From Candidatus Iainarchaeum sp. (GTDB lineage Archaea > Iainarchaeota > Iainarchaeia > Iainarchaeales > JACQJH01), in NCBI GenBank assembly GCA_016205145.1, contig JACQJH010000002.1:1-32000 (forward strand): a DNA stretch of 32,000 nt, written 5' to 3'. How positions within the stretch are numbered: position 1 is the first letter of the stretch; every line of letters starts with the position of its first letter. Below are positions 7,834-16,100 of the stretch, one piece after another. Below the pieces are notes generated by a model. The model did not search any database. It saw only the letters and a list, made by a program, of their open reading frames with translations, and was not told the DNA's origin. Both the position numbers and the translations under genes were made by a program.

Positions 7834-10509
7834 ATGGCGCAGGCAGGGTTCTCGGAAATCAGGAAAAGGAACGGTGACATAGCCAAGTTTTCCAAGAAGA
7901 AGATTGTCCTTGCAATCTGGAAGGCCGCGCAGGTCGTCGGCGGGAAGGACAGAGGCCTTGCAGACAGGCTTGCCGATCTTGTCATTGATGAACTGAACTC
8001 GAAATTTGACGAGAAAAGCCCCCCGAATGTCGAGCAGGTGCAGGACTGCGTCGAAAAGGTGCTCATGACATCCGGGCACGCCAAAACCGCGAAGGCATTC
8101 ATACTTTACAGGCAGGCGCGCGCCGAAATAAGGAAGGAAAAAATGGTCGTCCTCGAAAAGGAGGAGATCGACGAGGTTGACAAGCGCTTCGACCTGAATG
8201 CATTGAAGGTTCTGAAGGCGCGCTACCTGCGCAGAAGCGAGGAAGGCAAGCTTGTCGAGGCCCCGAAACAGCTTTTCACGCGCGTTGCCGTGCACGTCGC
8301 CCTGCCGGACATGCTTTACGACGAAAAGGTTTTTGACAAAACCGCGAAGCAGAAAGCGCATCCAGCCGAAGAATTCGATTGCGCCGCAAACGACGGGAAA
8401 TTTTCGGTCGGCATGTTCAAGCTCAACCAGTTTCATTTGGAGGGATTCAAGCGCCTTTTCGACAGGCTTAACATGGAGAAAAAGATGGTTCTGCCCTGGC
8501 ATGAAATCCTGAAACTGCTTGAATCGGGTTATTTCGACAAGTTCGAAGGAAACATTTCGGAATTCTACGATCTCATGACTCTGAAAAAGTTTTTGCCCAA
8601 TACTCCGGCAATCGCGAATTTTGGAAATCCTTTGGGCATGGGTTCGGCCTGCTTTGTCCTGGATGTTCCGGATTCGCTTGAAGATATAATGGAGACGCTG
8701 AAGAATACCGCGCTTGTCTTCAAGTCCGGCGGCGGCATGGGCTACAATTTTTCCAAGCTCAGGCCGGAAGGCGATTTCGTTTCCACGACATCCGGAATTG
8801 CATCCGGGCCTCTTTCGTTCATGCGCCTGTTTGATACAATGACTGAAGTCATAAAGCAGGGCGGCATAAGGCGCGGTGCAAACATGGGCATCCTGAACAG
8901 CAACCATCCCGACGTCGAAAAGTTCATTGTGGCAAAGAAGGGCAACATGGCCTTGCGCAATTTCAACATTTCCGTGCTGATAATGCCGGATTTCTGGGGC
9001 TATTATGAGAGGAACGAGCCTTATCCGCTTGTCAACCCGCGCACGGGTGAAGTGCTGAGGCACGTCAATCCGAGAATGCTTTTCGACATGATAGTTTACC
9101 AGGCTTGGGAGTCGGCCGAGCCGGGCGTGATTTTCTTCGACCACGTCAACGAGTTCAACCCGTTTTTCGCGCATCTTGGACCGATCGTAACGACAAACCC
9201 GTGCGGCGAAGTGCTCTTGTACCCTAACGAGCCGTGCAATCTCGGCAGCGTGAATGTCTGGGCCTTCGCAAAAGAGGACGAGGAAGGCAAGGTTTTCTTC
9301 GACTGGGATGAAATGGCGGGCATTGTCCGGCTTTCGACAAGGTTTTTGGACAACGTCATTGACATCAACAACTGGCCTTTGCCGCAGATCGAGGAAATGG
9401 CGTTGAACACGCGGAAAATCGGATTGGGCGTAATGGGCTTCGGCGATTTGCTGTATGAAATCTCGATAAGATATGATTCCGAGGACGGCAGGGCTTTCAT
9501 GGAGCGGCTGATGGAAGCGGTCAACTATCATTCCAAGCTTGAATCCGTTGCCCTTGCAAAGTCAAGGGGCGCACTGCCGTATTTCAACAAGAGCTTCTAC
9601 CCTGAAGGCAGGCTTCCGTTCAGCGGCAGCGTTGAAAAGGACAAATGGCACTTTGACTGGAACGAGGTTTCAGAAAAAGTCAAGTCGGATGGCATCCGCA
9701 ACGGTTACACCACGATTATCGCGCCGACCGGCAGCATTTCAATGATTGCCGGCTGCAGTTCGGGCATGGAACCGGTTTTCAGCCTGGTCTTTGAAAAAAA
9801 CGTCAAGGTCGGAAGCTTTTACTATGTGGACCCGGTCTTTGAAAAGGCGATGAAAAAGGAAGGCCTCTACGACGAAAAGCTCATGGAGCAGGTTTCCGAA
9901 AACGGCGGAATGCTGCATGACATTCCCTACATTCCGGAGCATTTGAAGGAAGTCTTCGTTACGGCAAGGGAAGTTTCGCCCGAAAACCACATCAGGGCGC
10001 TCGCGGCATTCCAGAAATGGACCGATTCCTCGATTTCAAAGACTAACAACTTTCCGGCCGACGCAACAGTGGATGACATGCGCATGTCATATCTGCTTGC
10101 CTATAAGCTCGGCTGCAAGGATGTCACAGTTTTCAGGGACTCGTCCATAATGGACCAGGTTCTTGTCGCGCCGATAAAAAAGGCGGAAAAAAAGGAATCG
10201 CCTGCGCTCCAGCCGGCGCACAAGCCATCGCATGAAACCGCAAACGCCGTGCCCGAAGAAAAGGGCTCTTTGAAGCTTGAGATGAAGGCAGTCGAGGCAA
10301 TCGCCGTTCCGAAGAAAAAAGTCGAATTCATTCCCAACACGACCATTCCAAAATTCACTTTCGAGGACATTTCAAGGCACGGAAAACAGCAGAAGGACAT
10401 TGCGTTTTCCAAAGCCGAGCTCAAGGACTGCCCCGAATGCAGCAATGCCTTGCAGTTCAAGGAAGGCTGCCTGACGTGCCCGGATTGCGGTTGGGGACTT
10501 TGCAAGTAG
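7834..10509 (+). CDS. nrdJ: Class II (adenosylcobalamin-dependent) ribonucleotide reductase with N-terminal ATP-cone and C-terminal zinc ribbon
   Basis: ATP-cone (IRKRNGDIAKFSKKKIVLAI). Active-site region TTNPCGEVLLYPNEPCNLGSVN. C-terminal CPEC...CPDC ribbon after a roughly 110-aa K/E/P-rich linker. GGGGGGT SD-like element 5 nt upstream of the ATG. Confidence 0.92.
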   Translation: MAQAGFSEIRKRNGDIAKFSKKKIVLAIWKAAQVVGGKDRGLADRLADLVIDELNSKFDEKSPPNVEQVQDCVEKVLMTSGHAKTAKAFILYRQARAEIRKEKMVVLEKEEIDEVDKRFDLNALKVLKARYLRRSEEGKLVEAPKQLFTRVAVHVALPDMLYDEKVFDKTAKQKAHPAEEFDCAANDGKFSVGMFKLNQFHLEGFKRLFDRLNMEKKMVLPWHEILKLLESGYFDKFEGNISEFYDLMTLKKFLPNTPAIANFGNPLGMGSACFVLDVPDSLEDIMETLKNTALVFKSGGGMGYNFSKLRPEGDFVSTTSGIASGPLSFMRLFDTMTEVIKQGGIRRGANMGILNSNHPDVEKFIVAKKGNMALRNFNISVLIMPDFWGYYERNEPYPLVNPRTGEVLRHVNPRMLFDMIVYQAWESAEPGVIFFDHVNEFNPFFAHLGPIVTTNPCGEVLLYPNEPCNLGSVNVWAFAKEDEEGKVFFDWDEMAGIVRLSTRFLDNVIDINNWPLPQIEEMALNTRKIGLGVMGFGDLLYEISIRYDSEDGRAFMERLMEAVNYHSKLESVALAKSRGALPYFNKSFYPEGRLPFSGSVEKDKWHFDWNEVSEKVKSDGIRNGYTTIIAPTGSISMIAGCSSGMEPVFSLVFEKNVKVGSFYYVDPVFEKAMKKEGLYDEKLMEQVSENGGMLHDIPYIPEHLKEVFVTAREVSPENHIRALAAFQKWTDSSISKTNNFPADATVDDMRMSYLLAYKLGCKDVTVFRDSSIMDQVLVAPIKKAEKKESPALQPAHKPSHETANAVPEEKGSLKLEMKAVEAIAVPKKKVEFIPNTTIPKFTFEDISRHGKQQKDIAFSKAELKDCPECSNALQFKEGCLTCPDCGWGLCK

Positions 10510-10580
10510 CTCGGCGATTTCGTCCGCCGGGTCCGACGACGGGTACACCGCTGTTGCGCTGTACCCATCTGCACTGATGG

Positions 10581-11156
10581 ATGCTGATGAAAGAAAAAAA
10601 TAATTCCGGTTTCGGCCTGGTTCAGGTTTTTTGGGGCAACGGGAAAGGAAAGACGACTGCCGCGTTGGGCACCGCGCTCAGGGCGATTGCGCTCGGCAAA
10701 AGGGTTTTGCTCGTGCAGTTCTTGAAGGCGGGCGTTGAAAAACAGCCCGGCCTGAATTCAAGCGGTGAAGTCGAATTGCTGCAGAAGTTTCCCAATTTTT
10801 TTGTGAAGCGCTTCGGCACCGGCGACTGGTTTTTTTCAAGGCACAAGGACAACCTTGAAGGGCATAAGCGGGAAGCATTGCTGGCGTTGAAGGAAGCCTG
10901 TGCAAACATTTCTTCCGGCGAATTCGACCTTGTTGTTTTGGACGAAGTGCTTTACGCGGTTTCTTTCGGCCTGCTTTCCGAAAAGCAGTTGCTTGAAGAG
11001 CTTGCGAAAAAGGCGCCGGGCACGGAAGTCATCCTGACCGGCAGCCACAAAAAGCTGGCAAAAATCGAGGCTGCCGCTGACCTGGTCACGGAAATAAGAA
11101 AAGTCAAGCACCCTTTCGACAGGGGCGTGCTGGCGAGAAAAGGCCTTGACTATTAA
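10581..11156 (+). CDS. cobO: Cob(I)yrinic acid a,c-diamide / cob(I)alamin adenosyltransferase (CobA/CobO/BtuR type)
   Basis: VQVFWGNGKGKTTAALGTALRA P-loop and LVQFLK, VLDEV, THPFD-like KHPFDRG motifs characteristic of the family. Confidence 0.85.
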   Translation: MLMKEKNNSGFGLVQVFWGNGKGKTTAALGTALRAIALGKRVLLVQFLKAGVEKQPGLNSSGEVELLQKFPNFFVKRFGTGDWFFSRHKDNLEGHKREALLALKEACANISSGEFDLVVLDEVLYAVSFGLLSEKQLLEELAKKAPGTEVILTGSHKKLAKIEAAADLVTEIRKVKHPFDRGVLARKGLDY

Positions 11157-11172
11157 GCTGGTCGGAATCGAA

Positions 11173-11574
11173 TCAGTTCACGACTGACACTGTTGCCGCG
11201 TAACCGGCTGAAGGGTAGTAAGAAGGATAATAGTAGTATGCGGGGTAAGTGTAATAGTAAAACGCATAATACGGGTAATAGTATGGGTAAGCGTATGGCA
11301 GGTAAGTGTTGTACGCATACCGGTATGCCGGCACGTACGTTGTGACCGGAACAACCATTGCCGGCTGGGGCGCAGGATAATAAGCCGGGTAGTATTGTGC
11401 CGCATAGCCGCCTCCATGAAAGCAATTGTAACCGTAACAGCCGCCGGGTTCGCGCTGGTAGCTTACGCTCCAGTCATCGCCGCCGAACTCGACATAGTTT
11501 ACCCTTGCAAAGGCGGGGCCTGCAAAAAAAGCCAAAAAAAGAATTGCCGTCAGAAGTGGAACGGTTTTACCCAA
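11173..11574 (-). CDS. Secreted, extremely Tyr/Pro-rich small protein, function unknown
   Basis: TTG start preceded by GGTGG. Signal peptide MGKTVPLLTAILFLAFFAGPAFA. By my hand count, 32 Tyr in about 110 mature residues, with runs such as PYAYPYYYPYYAFYYYTYPAYYYYPSYYP. Confidence 0.6.
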   Translation of the reverse strand: MGKTVPLLTAILFLAFFAGPAFARVNYVEFGGDDWSVSYQREPGGCYGYNCFHGGGYAAQYYPAYYPAPQPAMVVPVTTYVPAYRYAYNTYLPYAYPYYYPYYAFYYYTYPAYYYYPSYYPSAGYAATVSVVN

Positions 11575-11744
11575 ACAACCACCAATAACTTGTTTAAGTA
11601 AATGAATTATTGCGGGTTTGTTTTTTAAACCCGACTTTCAGCGTTCAGGCAAGGCGGTTTTGGCATTCAACTATGCCGTGCTTGACTTTTGGCCGGCCGC
11701 TTTCAAGCCCGAATAGGCCTGCCGAAGGAAAATTCCGCTTGCTT

Positions 11745-13133
11745 TCAGCAGTTTCCTCCGCCGTCAAACTGCTTCCAGTTCGCGCCATTGCAGTAGCATG
11801 GCTCGTTGAGGCTGTTGTCTGCATAGACACTGCCTTCCGCGCCAGCATTGCACGTGCCCGGCGCGTCGGTCGGCGTCAATTTCATCACGCCTGAAATTTC
11901 AAGCTTTTGGGTTGGGTTTGCCGTGCCGATTCCGACGTTGCCGCTTGTGTTGATGCGCAGTGTGTCAGTCTGCCTCCATGTGTCGCGTATGGCGAATGAG
12001 CCGTCGTTGGTGACTGCGCCGGTGTCTGGTGCATTGCCGCCGGGGCCATTGGTTCGTCCGGCACCGATGGACCAGAACCTGCTTCCTTCGGCTATGTACA
12101 TTTGTCCGCCTATCGTGAGCTTGGCTTTGGGAGTGTAACCGATTCCGACGTTGCCGCTTGTGTTGATGCGCAGTGCGTCAGTCTGCCTCCATGTGTCGCG
12201 TATGGCGAATGAGCCGCTGTTGTCTATGGCGCCGGTGTCCGTGGCATTTCCGCCCGGGCCGTTGGTGCGTCCGGTGCCTATAGACCAGAACCTGTTTCCT
12301 TCGGCTATGTACATCTGTCCGCCTACCGTGAGCTTGGCTTTGGGAGTGTAACCGATTCCGACGTTGCCGTTAACAAAGAGGCTGCCGTCGGTTCTCAGCG
12401 TGTTCGCCGCCGAGCGATAGAGTTTTGTGTCCGTGCCGAAGAGCAGTCCTGCGGCCGTGCTTGCCGTTGGAAGCTGGAGCTGTCCCGCGGAAGTCAAAGC
12501 CATTTTCACGCCATCATACGCGCCCGCGTCGGTATAATGGTGGATGTTAAGCGCATCAGACGCCGAATTGTAGGCAAACCCCCATTTCAATGCGGATAAA
12601 TTAGTATTGTAAAATTCAAATCCCGCATTCGTTGCGGCGGGAACATTGAACCGAAGTCCTGCGCCGTATATCAGGCCATCGGTTGCCAGGGAATCTGCCG
12701 CAAAAATGCTGCCCTCGGTTTTCAGGGTGTTCGGCGCGGAACGGTATAGCCTGACATCCGTGTCGTTGAGGCTTGCCGCGCTGATTGCACTGAGGCTTGA
12801 AGGCGTTTTTGTCCTTGGAGACATTTCCGCGTCGTTGTCAATGGATATTCCGAGCCAGTGTTCCTGCGAAAAATCGATTGCCTTGAGCGAATTCGCGTCG
12901 CCGAGCATTGCGGAAAAATATCCGTCGCTCACGCTGATTGTCTGGGTTTCACGCCACAGCAATGAGCCTGCGGATGGCTGGGAATAGATTGAAAATGCTA
13001 CGGAATGGCTTCCCGAAACCGGGTTTCCGAGAACGTCCAAAAGCCTTCCGTTGAACGGAATGGACGAGTTTGATGCGTTCACCGGCAGCAAGAGCGCCAG
13101 GAACAGTATTCCAATCCAGACAATTTGCTTCAT
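11745..13133 (-). CDS. Secreted tail-fibre-like repeat protein
   Basis: Signal peptide MKQIVWIGILFLALLLPVNA. N-terminal FNGRLLDVLGNPVSGSHSVAFSIYS...LWRETQTISVSDGYFS module. LYRSA(A/P)NTL(K/R)T(E/D)GS and NVGIG(Y/T) motifs, as seen in phage tail-fibre-like proteins. Two 71-aa tandem repeats. Cys-containing C-terminal knob CNAGAEGSVYADNSLNEPCYCNGANWKQF. Confidence 0.8.
   Translation of the reverse strand: MKQIVWIGILFLALLLPVNASNSSIPFNGRLLDVLGNPVSGSHSVAFSIYSQPSAGSLLWRETQTISVSDGYFSAMLGDANSLKAIDFSQEHWLGISIDNDAEMSPRTKTPSSLSAISAASLNDTDVRLYRSAPNTLKTEGSIFAADSLATDGLIYGAGLRFNVPAATNAGFEFYNTNLSALKWGFAYNSASDALNIHHYTDAGAYDGVKMALTSAGQLQLPTASTAAGLLFGTDTKLYRSAANTLRTDGSLFVNGNVGIGYTPKAKLTVGGQMYIAEGNRFWSIGTGRTNGPGGNATDTGAIDNSGSFAIRDTWRQTDALRINTSGNVGIGYTPKAKLTIGGQMYIAEGSRFWSIGAGRTNGPGGNAPDTGAVTNDGSFAIRDTWRQTDTLRINTSGNVGIGTANPTQKLEISGVMKLTPTDAPGTCNAGAEGSVYADNSLNEPCYCNGANWKQFDGGGNC
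11926..12351 (-). repeat. In-frame tandem duplication, 2 x 213 bp (71 aa), with the first ~18 nt of a third unit
   Basis: Units start at 11926, 12139 and 12352 (ccgattccgacgttgcc...). The two peptide copies differ at 8 of 71 positions by hand comparison. Confidence 0.9.
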
Positions 13134-13140
13134 TTTTCAT

Positions 13141-13146
13141 GCCTCC
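13141..13146 (-). promoter_or_regulatory. Shine-Dalgarno-like GGAGGC for the tail-fibre-like gene
   Basis: Plus-strand gcctcc lies 7 nt upstream of the minus-strand ATG (13131-13133). Only 44 nt separate it from the protease stop, suggesting co-transcription. Confidence 0.5.
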
Positions 13147-13177
13147 ATAAAAGCCAATAAATCATTCATAAGCATTC

Positions 13178-16100
13178 TCATGTTTTTGCCTGCTCTTCCC
13201 CCACTGAAACAACCGGCAGATCGTACACCGCCGGCTGGGCCCTGAAATTGTCGAAGTATGCGTTGCCGCTTCCGTTGTAGCCCCTTGCCCCTATCCTCGC
13301 GATTGTTTTCGCGGAAACGGTTTGGTTCAACAGCGAAGCCAAAAGGCTTGTTCCTGTCTCGTTCCAGATGAAATAATTCATGCTTGTCCCGCCGTTCGCA
13401 TAATCCATTGCAGCAAGGTAGTTCGTGTTTGCGCTTGGCATGTTTCCGCCGTCATTCATGTTCGCCCAATTCCCGCCGGTATTAGCCAAAAATTTGTTGT
13501 CGCCTATTCCAAGGCATCTCATGCACAGCGCGGTATCGCTTGCGCCCATTAGGTCGACAAGCGAGCCGTTGGAAATGCCGTCAGCCTGGATGGCGTAAGA
13601 ATACCTGTGCCGTTTGCCGTCAGGCATGCTTGGAATGCTTTGCTTGTACGCATTTGACGAGTTCTGCAAATTTGCGGAATACGCGCCGGAAATTTTCTGG
13701 ATCGCGGTTATGGAGCCGTCGCCCAGAGTCCAGTCGCTTACGTAGGCGTCCTCGAAGTCAAGCCAGTACGAGTAAATTTTTCGCATGTCGGACGGCGGGC
13801 TTGAAGCCGAGGGATTGCCGTAATAGATTGCGAGCACGCCGTCGTAATTGGTGTTTGCCTGCCATGCGGACTTCAATTGCACCACGACTTTTGTGCTTGC
13901 GGTATTGCATCCGGCAACTTGCCTGTCAAGCTCGATGTGCAGGTTTTCGTCGTACACGCGCAAATCGTCGCAGCCCGTCTGCATCTTTCCCGCCGCCACA
14001 AGGCTTTGCGTGTCAAGCGTTATCTCCTCTTGCATCGTGGTTTCGCTCAAGTCCGAAAAGGTGTAGTTTGCGTCCAAGGCTTCCGATTTCACAGAGACAA
14101 AAATCGGCTTTTTATAAGAATAGGCGGCGTTTTCCCATCCGCTGTAAACGCCCCTGAACGTTTGCAGTACAACGCTGAACGGCGCGAGCAAAAAGCTCTG
14201 GCTCGACACCTGCGGCATGGAACCGCCCACCGAAAAGCTGAGCGAAAAATTCGGGCTTCCAGCAATATGCTCAAAGCCCCTTTCAACGCTTGGCGGCGGC
14301 TTTGGCGGCGCAACATATCTGCCAGTATGCCCTGTGTCATGGCCGAACATTGGCCAAGGCATGTTCGCCGCGTTGTAGTCGCCGTCAAGGTCCCAGGCAT
14401 AGATTGAGCCGCGGTGCTTGGATTCCTGGTTGAAAAAATCGTAGTCGTCCTTGTATCCTGCGATAAGCTCGACTTTTCCGTCATTGTCAATGTCGTCGAC
14501 AATCGGTGCGGGGCTGTACCTTATGGATTTTTCAGGATACGTGCCGACCGGATGTTTTTGGCCCTCAATGCCTTTGGGAAATCCGTTCACACTGCTTCCG
14601 TCCGTGTTCCACGCGTAAATTCCGCCGTGGCTTTCCTTGTTGGGCTGGAACGCATTGCCCGCTGAAACCAGTATTTCAGGCGCATTGTCGGAATCAATGT
14701 CCGCCATTATCACGCCGTAATTTGCGTTCCAGTTGATTTCCTGCGGCCAGCCTGAAACCGTTTCGCCGTTTGCGCGCAGCAAATGCGTTTTCGGCTGCCC
14801 CGCATAATAATTATAATTGCTTGTTGCGGCGATTTCCAGGAAACCATCATGGTCAATGTCCCCCAACGCGGGGGTTGCCTCAAAGGACAATCCTTTCAGC
14901 ACGGGCCAGCCCGGAACAAGGCTTCCGTTTGCATCGAAAGCGTATATGCCGCCATAATCTGTACTGTAATTGTACCATTCGCCCGCGTTTCTGCCCATCG
15001 CACCGACAACTATTTCCAAATTGCCGTCATTATCAATATCTCCAACTGATGGCGATGCGAATATTGCGCTTGGTATGCTGACAGGCCAACCGTCCACGAC
15101 CGAGCCGTCCATGTTGTAAACGTAAATGGCGCCCGAATCAGAGTATTCGCTGTCGCCGGTTTGCTGTGCCGAAACTATTTCCAGTTCAGGATCATCATCA
15201 AAGTTTCCGACCGCAGGATAAGATTGGATTTTTGCGACGTTGCCCGCAAAAGGGTTCTGCGGCAAATCCCATGACGCGCGAATCGTGCCATTGCCGTCTA
15301 TGACAAGCATCTGTTCTGTTCCACCAACGCCTACATTTCCTTCAGGCCAGTTTCCCTTGACTATTATCTCGTCCGCGCCGTCATTGTCAAGATCGGCAAG
15401 CGTTATCGTATATTTATAATCTGTAGGCAATGGGATGTAATAATTGCCTGAAGACTGCCAAAATTTAAGGTCACCTACATTATTAAGTACGGACAGATAG
15501 CTGTTTGAGGCAACCACGATTTCCTTGTTTCCGTCCCCATCAATGTCGCCTATTGTCGGGATTGTCTGCGGGTAATCGTAAACATATCCCGACCACAACA
15601 AGGAACCATCATTTTTGAATGCTAGAATTTGAGCATTATCGACATAAGCAGTGATTATTTCCTTGTTTCCGTCATTCGTCAAATCCGCAACAACCGGTTC
15701 GAACAAGCCGCCGACAATGTACACGTCCCAAGGCGCATAATAATACCAGCCGTATTTGACAGGCCATCCTTTTTTCAGTGTCGGGTCCAGATAAACGTGG
15801 AAAATGTTTTCGTCGACGTTTCCCTGTGGCCTTTCAAGCGTGATTTTCATGTCGTACCATCCTGAAAGGCCCGAAGTGTCCCAAGTCGCCAACGTGCCAT
15901 TTTCAACAGGCTGCAGGCCATTGTTTGCAAGCGAAATGCCTGAATTGGACCACGTGGCATTCGGGTCCGTGGCGAAATTGAAATCGGGGCTTGCCGCGAA
16001 TTCTATCGTGTAGCCGTTGAAATTTCCGAGAACACTGCCGTTTATGTCAATAACATCGCCCGCCCTGAAAATGTCGTTGTTCAGCGGGCTTGTTGTTTTG

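Noticed and set aside
8800-9500. Intein in nrdJ
   Set aside because: The catalytic-core motifs are contiguous and the length is normal once the ATP-cone and C-terminal linker are counted. No intein block motifs seen.
7768-9531. 587-aa minus-strand ORF
   Set aside because: Antisense to the well-supported nrdJ. No motifs.
11926-12351. Possible CRISPR or other non-coding repeat array
   Set aside because: The 213-bp units are in frame inside a long ORF, lack spacers, and encode a duplicated 71-aa protein module.
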